Source of the DNA: a bacterium
Lineage (GTDB): Bacteria; Zhuqueibacterota; Zhuqueibacteria; Residuimicrobiales; Krinioviventaceae
Length of the DNA stretch: 64,000 nt
Direction: 5' to 3'
Assembly (NCBI GenBank): GCA_963693055.1
Contig: OY843751.1
Location: forward strand, 4,544,001-4,608,000
Shown here: positions 34,605-44,486 of the stretch, piece by piece
How the letters are laid out: each line of letters begins with the position of its first letter
Numbering within the stretch: the stretch's first letter is position 1
The notes under the pieces: generated by a model
What the model was told of the DNA's origin: nothing
What the model saw: only the letters and a program-made list of their open reading frames with translations
The model's database searches: none
Position numbers and translations under genes: made by a program

Positions 34605-36965
34605 CTATTCATATTTCAGCGTCTTGGCCGGATTCAAGGTTGCAGCATTTATAGATTGCAGAATCAAAGCAAAAAGTGATAATCCAATCAAAGAAAAACC
34701 AGATACAATAAATATCCACCAATGCATATCCACTCGAAATGTAAAATTCTGAAGCCATGTATTCATAATCCAATATGCAATAGGGCTCGAAATAATCATC
34801 GCAATAACACCCAGCAATATAAACTCACGTGACAAGCCTGCAATAATATCTGTAACTGATGCGCCCAGTATTTTCCGAACACCAATTTCTTTTATTCTTC
34901 GCTCTGTATTAAAAGCAGCTAATCCTATTAAACCCATTATAGTAATAATTATGGCAAGTAAAGTAATATATAGTAAAATTGTTCGCGTAAATTCTTCCAT
35001 TTTATAATGACGATATATTACATCATCAAGAAATGTAAAAGAGAATTCCTGATCAGGTATTATATCACTAAATACCTTGTGAATTTCATCCAATGTTTTA
35101 TGCATTTGCCCCTGTTGGACCTTGATGTAAAGTTGCCCTCCATTAACAGTATTGTAAAGGACAAAGGGACGAATCGGTTTGTGCAATGATTCTGTATGAT
35201 AATTTTTGACAACACCAATAATGACTCCTGACATTTCCATCATAGAGTTTTCAGCCCAGGTAATCTGTTTACCAAGAGGTTCTGAAATACCCATCGCTTT
35301 AACAGCTTCTTCATTAACCACACAAGCATTACTCAAATCAGAAGGATGTTCGCTCGAAAAGAATCTACCTTGAGCCATTTCAAGGTTAAAAGTCTTTTGA
35401 TAATCTTCATCAACCCGATTAAAACCTACGTCAAAAACAATATCCGGATCTTTCCCGGGCCAACTCAAACCTGCTGATGCCTGCCATTGAGTCATGTCAA
35501 ATTGTGCCAAAGTAACACTCTTTATATTTATGTTTTTCAATAATTCTTTTTTTAAAACATGACTTTTATCCACTACTTTGTTGTGAATAGGAATAATTAC
35601 AACATTGTCATGATCAAACCCCAGAGGCTTTGTTTGTAAAAAATGTATCTGATAATAAATAATAGATACACATATAATAAAAAAAATGGACAAGGTAAAT
35701 TGAACGGTTACCAACAGCTTTCGGAGGACAGAAGGTTTGGAATAAATTTTATTCGTTGAATTGCTTTTTAACAATCCCACAGGGATTAATCCTGACATAA
35801 AAAAAGCGGGATATCCACCGGCAGCAATTCCCACAATCATCACAAATATCAACAATGTAGACCAATGTTCAGCAACGACAAACTCTAGCTGTTCACCCAA
35901 AAGTGTATTTACAAAAGGCAGAACCAGTTTTACAAAAAGAATTGATAAAATTAATGCAAAAACACTAAACAATACAGATTCAAGTAAGAATTGTATCAAG
36001 AGTTGATATCGTCTTGCACCTATTACTTTTTTAACAGCAATTTCTTTTGTTCGGACTGAAGCACGTGCAGTAGACATGTTTACATAATTAATGCAAGCCA
36101 TTACTAGTATAAATAAAGCCAATAAGGAAAAGATATAAACATATACAATTCTGCCGCCCTGACCATCAATTGCATGTAAATGAATATCTTTTAATGGTTG
36201 TAAAAATAAATAATTGGGAGAACCATCAGGATTTAAATCATTATAAACAGAAATTATCTTTTTATTTACATTTTGCATATCAATATTATCATGCAACATG
36301 ACAAATAATTGACCGCTTTTAATACTCGTGCTTTTAAACACCTCAGGTGAAAACTGGTACGGAAGTAAAAAATCAAACTGAATATGTGAATTTACCGGTG
36401 GAGCTTTGATAACTGCAGCAATTGAAAATTGAGAATTTCCCAGCATTATACTTTTTCCCAAAGCAGGTTCACTGTTGAACAACTTTCTTTCTACCTTGTC
36501 TGTAATCACTATACTCTTGGGTTCAGATAATGCAGTTGCAGCATTACCTGATATCAATGAAAAAGAAAACATGTCCAAAAAATCAGAATGAACAATTCCT
36601 GCCGATGCAAACATTTCTTTTCCCTGGTTGGAAAGATTCCAACTCGGATTACCAAAAAACGAAGCATGACTGATCTCTGGATATTTTTCAACCAATATTT
36701 CAGCCAAACCGCCAGGCATTACTGGGCTATAAAATACTTTTTCATCAGTGTTGTTTGTATCAGTATAAAAACAAATACGATATAATTGATCAATATTTTT
36801 GTGAAAACGATCAAAACCAAGTTCATGCTCAACCCAAAGCATAATTATTATCGAACAGGCTATCCCTATTGCCAATCCCACAATATTATTAATTGTGTAA
36901 ATTTTGTTTTTCATTACCTGTCGAAAAAAAATTCTAAAATCATTCAAGGCAATTCTCCTATTCAT
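34605..36965 (-). CDS. MacB/FtsX-type ABC permease, copy 7 (AT-rich, lacks the conserved end motif)
   Basis: ACINYVNMSTAR, RIKEIGVRKILGAS, NPAKTLKYE. Confidence 0.92.
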   Translation of the reverse strand: MNRRIALNDFRIFFRQVMKNKIYTINNIVGLAIGIACSIIIMLWVEHELGFDRFHKNIDQLYRICFYTDTNNTDEKVFYSPVMPGGLAEILVEKYPEISHASFFGNPSWNLSNQGKEMFASAGIVHSDFLDMFSFSLISGNAATALSEPKSIVITDKVERKLFNSEPALGKSIMLGNSQFSIAAVIKAPPVNSHIQFDFLLPYQFSPEVFKSTSIKSGQLFVMLHDNIDMQNVNKKIISVYNDLNPDGSPNYLFLQPLKDIHLHAIDGQGGRIVYVYIFSLLALFILVMACINYVNMSTARASVRTKEIAVKKVIGARRYQLLIQFLLESVLFSVFALILSILFVKLVLPFVNTLLGEQLEFVVAEHWSTLLIFVMIVGIAAGGYPAFFMSGLIPVGLLKSNSTNKIYSKPSVLRKLLVTVQFTLSIFFIICVSIIYYQIHFLQTKPLGFDHDNVVIIPIHNKVVDKSHVLKKELLKNINIKSVTLAQFDMTQWQASAGLSWPGKDPDIVFDVGFNRVDEDYQKTFNLEMAQGRFFSSEHPSDLSNACVVNEEAVKAMGISEPLGKQITWAENSMMEMSGVIIGVVKNYHTESLHKPIRPFVLYNTVNGGQLYIKVQQGQMHKTLDEIHKVFSDIIPDQEFSFTFLDDVIYRHYKMEEFTRTILLYITLLAIIITIMGLIGLAAFNTERRIKEIGVRKILGASVTDIIAGLSREFILLGVIAMIISSPIAYWIMNTWLQNFTFRVDMHWWIFIVSGFSLIGLSLFALILQSINAATLNPAKTLKYE

Positions 36966-37017
36966 TACTAAATGTTGTTAGCATCCATCAACTTTTTTTG
37001 GGTTACTCGTTCACCAT

Positions 37018-37043
37018 CGGTTCCTGAGCTTGTCGAAGGACAA
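37018..37043. repeat. REP-like junction element type B (copy 2)
   Basis: cggttcctgagcttgtcgaaggacaa right after the stop of 37046. Confidence 0.6.
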
Positions 37044-37045
37044 CC

Positions 37046-39436
37046 TCACTCATACCTCAATGCATCAACCGGGTTCGCTGTAGCTGCCCTGTAAACCTGC
37101 CCGGCAACAGTCAAAAACGCAATAAACAACGTTACAAACCAGGCCAGGATAAAAATACCAGGTCCGATATTGGTCTTGTAAGCAAAATTTTGCATCCATT
37201 TTATGCTTAAATACCATGCGGCAGGCGTTGCTATCAATACCGCAATATTAAGAAGAATAAAATACTCTTTCGATAGCCCCAAAAGCACATTCCCGATCGA
37301 TGCACCCAAAACTTTTCGAACGCCAATTTCTCTGGTTCGCTGTTCCGTACTAAAAGACACCAATCCGAACAGCCCAATGCTGGCAATAAAAATAGCAAAG
37401 ATTGAAAAAACGGTCATGATCTTGCGGGTTTTCATTTCTGAAAAATACATTTGCGCATAGACATCATCCAAAATGAACCGTTCAAAATCAGCATTGGGTG
37501 CATATTGCGTCCAGATATCTTGCATGAATGAAAACAATTTTTGCATATTTTCAGGCTCACAACGTACCGAAATATAATTCCGAAAATCAGGATTAATTAA
37601 TAAAACAATCCCTTCAACAGCTGAATGCAGGGATTTAAAGTTGAAATCTTTAACAACACCAATCACTCTTCCGGTTCTGTCTTGTAATTCAGGTACTCTG
37701 AATTCTTTACCTACAGCGGTTTCCCATCCCAGTTGTTTTTTCAATTTTTCACTTATTATATATGCATCGGTTTTATCTGTTTCATAATCCCGCGAAAAAT
37801 CACGTCCTTCAATTAATTCAAGTCCGAAAAATTTTAAAAAATCATAATCTACTGCAGTACAGCTCGCAAACCACATTCGGTCATAGGTTTGACCTTCAAA
37901 CTCGAACTGCTTTCCAAAAATACCATTCAGGTTATTGGGACCATAACCGCTAACATCTTTGACCCAGGTTTCCTGCAATAACTGTTGTCGGATTGTCTCA
38001 AAATTGTTCTGTACTTTTGCCGGCATTTTAAAATCAACCACATGCTCTTTGTCAAAACCCAGATTTTTATTTTGCATCCACTGCAATTGTTTATTGATTG
38101 TAAAACTGGTAACAATTAATACCATGGTTATAAAAAACTGGGCAACTACCAAAATACGACGAATATTAAAAAATCCGCTGGCACCAATATCACGGTTCTT
38201 GTTCATGATTGCTTTAGGTGCCGGTTTTGCCAACACCTGTGCAGGATACCAACCGGTTAATAACCCCACAATAAATGTAAGTAATGCCATGTATCCCAAA
38301 ATCTGTATTCGGGTTATACCCAGCATGCCCAATTCATTATCAAACAATCGATTAAATAAAGGCAGTGTGAGTTCAATAATCAGATAGCCAATAAACATCG
38401 CCAGAAATGCAAACAGTAGTGATTCTCCAAAAAATTGTCCCGATATCTGAAATTTTGTTGCACCAATGGCCTTGCGAATGCCTACTTCTCTGGCCCTTCG
38501 CTGAGCTCGCGCGGTTGCGAGATTGATATAATTCATACATGCTATAGCCAATACCAGCAATGCAATTGCAGAAAAGAGATAAATATAGGTAATATCCAGC
38601 TTGCGCCAGTTACGGTCCGCATCAATACTTGAAGAATATAAATGAATTTTCTCCAGGGGTTGCAAAACAAACGACAATCCGTCTTTAACCTCGGCGGGCA
38701 TTATTTTCGAAACCAGTGGAGGCATTTTAGCTTCGAGTTGTTGAATATCTGCACCAGGTGTAATCAGCAAATAGCTCATAAAATCAAGATCGTAATCATG
38801 ATTTTCCATATAACTTTCTAACCAATAGGGATCAAAAGAGCATAATACCTGAAAATTTAAATGAGAATTTCTTGGAGCTTTTTCCAAAACACCGGTTATC
38901 TTGTAATTGGTATCATCACCAGCCCGCACAAATCGCCCTATAGGATTTTCATCGCCAAACAATGCATCTGCGGCTTCAGCAGTAAGAACCAGACTTTTAG
39001 GCTCTACCAGCGCAGTATTGGGATCTCCATATTTAAACTTGTAGCTGAATATCTCAAAAAAATCAGGATCCGCACAATAAAATCCCCAATAGGGTTTAAC
39101 CTTGTCACCATTTCGAACCATAACCGTTTCTTCAACCCGATACATGCGCACAAACTTTTCAATCTCGGGGAACTCTGCCTTTAACTCTGGTGCCATGCGT
39201 CCATTGGTTCCGCCATTGATATGATCATTAATGCCATTCACATGTACATCAAGAACCAGCCTCACCGTTCTGTCTGATTTTTCATGAAAACGATCAAAAG
39301 ATAAATGATAATGAATCCAAATAAAGAGAATCATGCACAGCGCCAATCCCATCGCCAAACCTGTCACATTGATCACAGAATATATTTTTTGCCGAAACAT
39401 ATTCCGAAATGCAGTTTTTATATAATTAATAAACAT
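37046..39436 (-). CDS. MacB/FtsX-type ABC permease, copy 6
   Basis: MFINYIKTAFRNM, ACMNYINLATAR, NPVDALRYE. Confidence 0.93.
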   Translation of the reverse strand: MFINYIKTAFRNMFRQKIYSVINVTGLAMGLALCMILFIWIHYHLSFDRFHEKSDRTVRLVLDVHVNGINDHINGGTNGRMAPELKAEFPEIEKFVRMYRVEETVMVRNGDKVKPYWGFYCADPDFFEIFSYKFKYGDPNTALVEPKSLVLTAEAADALFGDENPIGRFVRAGDDTNYKITGVLEKAPRNSHLNFQVLCSFDPYWLESYMENHDYDLDFMSYLLITPGADIQQLEAKMPPLVSKIMPAEVKDGLSFVLQPLEKIHLYSSSIDADRNWRKLDITYIYLFSAIALLVLAIACMNYINLATARAQRRAREVGIRKAIGATKFQISGQFFGESLLFAFLAMFIGYLIIELTLPLFNRLFDNELGMLGITRIQILGYMALLTFIVGLLTGWYPAQVLAKPAPKAIMNKNRDIGASGFFNIRRILVVAQFFITMVLIVTSFTINKQLQWMQNKNLGFDKEHVVDFKMPAKVQNNFETIRQQLLQETWVKDVSGYGPNNLNGIFGKQFEFEGQTYDRMWFASCTAVDYDFLKFFGLELIEGRDFSRDYETDKTDAYIISEKLKKQLGWETAVGKEFRVPELQDRTGRVIGVVKDFNFKSLHSAVEGIVLLINPDFRNYISVRCEPENMQKLFSFMQDIWTQYAPNADFERFILDDVYAQMYFSEMKTRKIMTVFSIFAIFIASIGLFGLVSFSTEQRTREIGVRKVLGASIGNVLLGLSKEYFILLNIAVLIATPAAWYLSIKWMQNFAYKTNIGPGIFILAWFVTLFIAFLTVAGQVYRAATANPVDALRYE

Positions 39437-39483
39437 ACTTTCTCTTCATTCTGCAGACTTGAATTAATTATCATATTTTTTCA

Positions 39484-39511
39484 GCCTTTAGCTATAAGCT
39501 TATAGCTTATT
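39484..39511. repeat. GCT-type heptamer repeat / palindrome (type C)
   Basis: gccttta-gctataa-gcttata-gcttatt containing the perfect palindrome agctataagcttatagct. Confidence 0.6.
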
Positions 39512-41902
39512 TTATTCATACCTCAACGCGTTGACCGGATCAGCATTTGCCGCTTTGCTCACCTGCCAGGCAATGCTCAACATTGCTATAACAAGCGCTA
39601 TACTGCCGGCTGCAATAAATACCCACCACGGTATACTTGAACGATACGCATAACCTGACAGCCATTTATTCATCACAAACCAACCGGCAGGCCAGGCAAT
39701 CAAATTACTCAGCACCACCCATTTCATGTATTCTGCAGCAAACAGATGCCAGATGCCTGAAACAGATGATCCCAACACCTTGCGAATGCCAATCTCTTTG
39801 GTTTTCTGCTGAATAGAAAAAGACGCCAGACCAAACAATCCCAAACAGGCAATCAACATGGCAAATACAGCAAAACTGTTCAGTAATAGTGCGGACCGCT
39901 CTTCGCCCGCATATACCTGGTCAAGTTTTTCATCCACAAAAGTATAACTAAATGGATAATTATGCCCGTGTTTTTGCCAGGTTTCCTGTATATATGATAT
40001 TGTCTCTTGCATATGATCAGGACGGATTTTAATCAGCAATGTATGATTGTAAAACGGGTGTACAAATATAGCCAATGGTTTAACCGGTGTTTTCAGACTG
40101 CGAAAGTGAAAATCTTTAACCACACCAATAATTTCGCCGCGCTTGCCATAATGTTCAAACCATTTGCTAACCGGTGAATCGGGGCCCATCATTTTCGCGG
40201 CAGATTCATTTATCATATAGGCACCGCCATCCCAATTACTCATATCATTTGCAAATTCTTTAGAGAACGCGCGCCCTTCAACAATCGGAATATCAAAAAC
40301 ATCAAAAAAATCATAATGTACGCTCAGCCAGTTCACTAACTCGGAATCTCCCTCCGGTTTACCCTCCCAGTTGGCAGGTGCCGCTAAAGTTTGCACGTCT
40401 CCGGGAGATTGAAAAGATTGCGTAACGCCCAAAATATTAGGATTCTCAAGCAATTCCGTTTTCAATCCATTATAAAAAGAACCATCTTCCCGATATCCCC
40501 AATGAAGTACCATGGGTATAGAGATTACATTCTTGTGGTTATAACCCACGTCAAAATTCCTGACAAAGCGTAACTGCTGAAATACTACAAATGTACTGAT
40601 AAGAAAAAGGATGGAAAGTGTAAATTGCACTACAACCAGACCCTTGCGAATGCCGGCCCGATTTCCTCCGGGAATAATCTGATTTTTAAGTATTACAACC
40701 GGTCTGAACCTGCTGATAAACAATGCAGGATAAATCCCCGCAGCCAACCCTGTCATCACAGTCAATCCTGCCAAAACTGACCAAAAAAGTGGCTGCCCTT
40801 TTGGTAGATGCGTAAACGTCTTGCCGGAGATATGATTAAACAGAGGCATAATAAACTCTACAAATAGCAAAGATACTATAAACGCCGTCGCAGTAACCAC
40901 AAGTGATTCTAAAACAAACTGAACGATCAACTGACTGCGGTTCGCACCAATCGCTTTTTTCACACCAATCTCCGGTAAACGCCTGCTAAACTGTGCTACG
41001 GACAAGTTCATAAAGTTGATACAGGCAATGACCAGTATCAAAATGGCTATCCCTAAAAAAGTATAAATTTCTTTAATCTCTACTGCAGCGGCGTTCACCG
41101 GTACCGATTCGGGATGCGTATGAATTCCGATAAACGGAAAAATACGCAGCGTTAAATCATCAACCGCATGTTTATGTGCAAAATCTGATATCATGGAAGC
41201 AACTTTTTCCGAGCTTCCCTTTTCATTCAACTGGATATAGGTTGAATTGGCGCCGGGGGTATGCCAGTCCTCCAAAACTGTCGTGTATCGAACCATAAAG
41301 GTATGAATGGGCACCAAAAACTCAAAATCAAACATAGAGTTCCGGGGCAAATCTTTAAGCACTCCTGCTACCTTGAACTCAAATATAGGATCAAACTTTA
41401 AAATCTTTCCAATAGGATCCGTATCACCAAAATACTTTTTCGCCATCTTTTCAGTCAACAAAATATTATCCGGGCCATCAAACATTAGCTGCACATTTCC
41501 CCTCACCAGTGGAAAACTGAACATGCTTAGAAATGTCGAATCCACTCCTAAAGTTTTATCTTCAACAAAATGCTTATCCTCATAACTGACCAGAAAATCA
41601 TCCAGATAATTGACCCGCGTTGCGTTAACAATCTCCGGAATTTCCGTTTTAAGCGCTTCAGCCAATGGCCCCGGAGTTTCAGTATAGGTTTGCACATTAC
41701 CACCTAGATGCTCATCTGCCAGCACGATATACAACGAATCCGCGTTTTCATGAAACCGATCAAAACTGAGCTCATCCGTCACCCAAAGCATAATCAAAAA
41801 ACTTGCTGTCAAACCAATCGCCAAACCCAGAACATTGATCAAAGAAAAGGTTTTATTCTTGAAAAGATTTCTCAACGCAATTTTGAAATAATTTGAAATC
41901 AT
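39512..41902 (-). CDS. MacB/FtsX-type ABC permease, copy 5
   Basis: MISNYFKIALRNL, ACINFMNL, DPVNALRYE. Confidence 0.93.
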   Translation of the reverse strand: MISNYFKIALRNLFKNKTFSLINVLGLAIGLTASFLIMLWVTDELSFDRFHENADSLYIVLADEHLGGNVQTYTETPGPLAEALKTEIPEIVNATRVNYLDDFLVSYEDKHFVEDKTLGVDSTFLSMFSFPLVRGNVQLMFDGPDNILLTEKMAKKYFGDTDPIGKILKFDPIFEFKVAGVLKDLPRNSMFDFEFLVPIHTFMVRYTTVLEDWHTPGANSTYIQLNEKGSSEKVASMISDFAHKHAVDDLTLRIFPFIGIHTHPESVPVNAAAVEIKEIYTFLGIAILILVIACINFMNLSVAQFSRRLPEIGVKKAIGANRSQLIVQFVLESLVVTATAFIVSLLFVEFIMPLFNHISGKTFTHLPKGQPLFWSVLAGLTVMTGLAAGIYPALFISRFRPVVILKNQIIPGGNRAGIRKGLVVVQFTLSILFLISTFVVFQQLRFVRNFDVGYNHKNVISIPMVLHWGYREDGSFYNGLKTELLENPNILGVTQSFQSPGDVQTLAAPANWEGKPEGDSELVNWLSVHYDFFDVFDIPIVEGRAFSKEFANDMSNWDGGAYMINESAAKMMGPDSPVSKWFEHYGKRGEIIGVVKDFHFRSLKTPVKPLAIFVHPFYNHTLLIKIRPDHMQETISYIQETWQKHGHNYPFSYTFVDEKLDQVYAGEERSALLLNSFAVFAMLIACLGLFGLASFSIQQKTKEIGIRKVLGSSVSGIWHLFAAEYMKWVVLSNLIAWPAGWFVMNKWLSGYAYRSSIPWWVFIAAGSIALVIAMLSIAWQVSKAANADPVNALRYE

Positions 41903-41936
41903 TATTTATCCAATTTTCTATGGTCATTCAATTCCA

Positions 41937-42023
41937 AGTCATCAGTAATCAGTCGTCAGTTATCAGTTTAAAAACGACTTGATACATCTTTTACTGAGAA
42001 CTGAATACTGATTACTGACCACT
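41937..42023. repeat. Inverted heptamer-repeat hairpin (type A)
   Basis: agtcatcagtaatcagtcgtcagttatcagt / actgagaactgaatactgattactgaccact. Confidence 0.85.
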
Positions 42024-42025
42024 CT

Positions 42026-44404
42026 TTATTCATACCTCAACGCCTTGACCGGTTCTGCAGTTGCCGCTCGGACCACCTGCCACAGCACGCTTGACAGTGC
42101 AATACCCAACGCTGCTATACCAGCAAAAATAAACATCCACCATTGCAGCGAAATCCGGTATGCATATCCCTCCAACCAGTTATTCAGCAGCCAGAATGCT
42201 ACGGGCCAGGCAATGATATTAGCGACTAGCATACCTTTTATAAGGTCTTTTAACAAATCATATACGATATTAAAAATAGACGCCCCCAGCACTTTACGAA
42301 CACCGGTTTCTTTGGTTTTCTGTTCCGTGGCAAAGGTTACCAGACCCCATATTCCCATACCTGAAATGATCAACGCCAACAATGTAAAAATCTGTACCAA
42401 ACGTCCTGCAACTTCTTCGGCATGATACAACCGCTCAAAACTCTCATCCAGAAAAAAGTACTCAAAGGGTTTATCGGGATAAAACGCAGTCCAGGTTTCT
42501 TTTACGGCACTCAGCAATCCGTCCAGGTCCCGGGTATCCACATTCAATGTCAAATGACCGAATTTGGAGGGCATGATCTGCACCAGCAAGGGATCAATTT
42601 TATATTGCGCGCCAAGATAATTATAATCTTTGATTACACCCACAACCTCCAGCTCGCGCTGGTCCATACCTTCTTTAATATGCTTACCGAGGGCTTCTGT
42701 TGCGTTGCTCCAGCCAAAAGCAGACAATGCAGCCTGATTTACCAGGCAGGCGTTCTGCTCGTCGCTGGTTATACTTTTATCAAAACTTCGTCCCGCAATT
42801 ATTTGAATATCATACAGGGATTGAAAATCCGTATCCCAAAAGGCATAATACACCATTTGCGATTTATCATCACTCTGCCCAATAACTGATGTCATCATAC
42901 TGCCCGCGCCTTGCCCCGGAACCGATGCGGAAGCGGTTGCCCCAAGCACATCCGGAATGCGCTCAAAACCGGACTTTAACGTTTCATAATTTCTCTCCAT
43001 AGCCCTTATCCCCTGCACAGGGATCACCAGCTTTTGTTTTTGATCGAATCCCGCATCCCGATTCTTCATGTAACGGATTTGCCCCCCTACCACCAGTGTA
43101 CCAATAATTAACAGCACTGAAACAGCAAATTGAAAAGTCACCAATACCCGGCGGATACCAAATCCACTACTGTTTTTCATCATCCCCCCTTTGATCAAGG
43201 TTATGGGTTTATATGATGAAATCAGCAAAGAAGGATAAATACCAATCAACATTCCGGTTACAATCATCATTGATAACACAAAAGCACAATTTTCAAGTGT
43301 AATCAAATCAAAAACATGAATATTTACAGATAAAAAGAATCGAAACATGGGCAGCAGACCCAATACAGCAATCAACGCCAAAACCAACGAGATCATTAAC
43401 AACAAAAATGACTCGAGGAAAAATTGAATGGCAAGCTGAATTCTATCTGCACCCACAACCCGACGTACCGTAATTTCCTTGCCTCGTTTTACTGCCCGCG
43501 CTGTGGTCAAATTGATATAGTTAAACATGGCTGTAAACAGTACCAGTAATCCAATCCCGCCAAACAGATATAAACGTTTCACATTTCCGGTAGCGGTAAA
43601 TTCATACTCTAAACCGGAATAGAGATAAATATCTCGTATTGGCTGCAAAATATACGAATAACGGTTTTCACCCGATGGATCGCGTGTGGTATGTGTTTCT
43701 GCAAATCTGGCAAGTGCCTGACTAAAATCCTCAGGATTCACCTGAGCACGCAGTTTGATATAGGTATAGATACCCGGCCAGTTCCAGTCCTGCATCCACG
43801 GCAGCCGGTCCAGTTGATGTATAGAAACAAACATATTGTACGGTAAATGGGTTTGTTTTGGTGCGTCTTCCAATACCGCAGATACGGTATAATCCCGTCT
43901 ATCCACTTTTAACACTTTACCAATCGGATCACCGTCCCCAAAATATTTCGCAGCAATAGACTTTGTGATTACAATGGAATTCAGATCATTTAAAGCAGTT
44001 TCCGCATTTCCTGAAACCAACGGTAACGTCAATACCTGAAAAACAGATGGATCCGCGTACAGCATCAGGTCTTCATAAAAGGTCTTGCTTTCATATTTTA
44101 CATATACCCGATTAAAAAAGCTCATCACCCTTGTACTAGCTTCAACCTGCGGGAATTGCTCCTTTAAAGCGGGACCCAACGGTGGTACATTCAACGCATA
44201 ATCACGATCAGAGGCATCATTTTCAATGCTCAATCCCAAACGGTAAATCCTGTCTGCGTCCTTATGATACCGGTCATACCCGGTTTCATTACTGATATAT
44301 AGATAAATAAAGACTACCGTAACCAGTCCCAACGCCAATCCCAGGATATTAATGCCGGAAGAGGTCTTGTTTTTCATCAAATTTCTGGATAACATTTTAA
44401 TCAT
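42026..44404 (-). CDS. MacB/FtsX-type ABC permease, copy 4
   Basis: AMFNYINLTTAR, KTKETGVRKVLGAS, EPVKALRYE. Confidence 0.92.
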   Translation of the reverse strand: MIKMLSRNLMKNKTSSGINILGLALGLVTVVFIYLYISNETGYDRYHKDADRIYRLGLSIENDASDRDYALNVPPLGPALKEQFPQVEASTRVMSFFNRVYVKYESKTFYEDLMLYADPSVFQVLTLPLVSGNAETALNDLNSIVITKSIAAKYFGDGDPIGKVLKVDRRDYTVSAVLEDAPKQTHLPYNMFVSIHQLDRLPWMQDWNWPGIYTYIKLRAQVNPEDFSQALARFAETHTTRDPSGENRYSYILQPIRDIYLYSGLEYEFTATGNVKRLYLFGGIGLLVLFTAMFNYINLTTARAVKRGKEITVRRVVGADRIQLAIQFFLESFLLLMISLVLALIAVLGLLPMFRFFLSVNIHVFDLITLENCAFVLSMMIVTGMLIGIYPSLLISSYKPITLIKGGMMKNSSGFGIRRVLVTFQFAVSVLLIIGTLVVGGQIRYMKNRDAGFDQKQKLVIPVQGIRAMERNYETLKSGFERIPDVLGATASASVPGQGAGSMMTSVIGQSDDKSQMVYYAFWDTDFQSLYDIQIIAGRSFDKSITSDEQNACLVNQAALSAFGWSNATEALGKHIKEGMDQRELEVVGVIKDYNYLGAQYKIDPLLVQIMPSKFGHLTLNVDTRDLDGLLSAVKETWTAFYPDKPFEYFFLDESFERLYHAEEVAGRLVQIFTLLALIISGMGIWGLVTFATEQKTKETGVRKVLGASIFNIVYDLLKDLIKGMLVANIIAWPVAFWLLNNWLEGYAYRISLQWWMFIFAGIAALGIALSSVLWQVVRAATAEPVKALRYE

Positions 44405-44429
44405 TTTCGATTCTTCACTCCTGTTTTTT

Positions 44430-44486
44430 GCTTATAGCTAATAGCTGAAAGCAGCTCATCTCACATTTCACGTCTCACGTCTGACG
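44430..44486. repeat. Two adjacent heptamer tracts (GCT-type and TCTCACG-type)
   Basis: gcttata-gctaata-gctgaaa-gc, then atctcac-atttcac-gtctcac-gtctgac-g abutting the stop of 44487. Confidence 0.65.
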
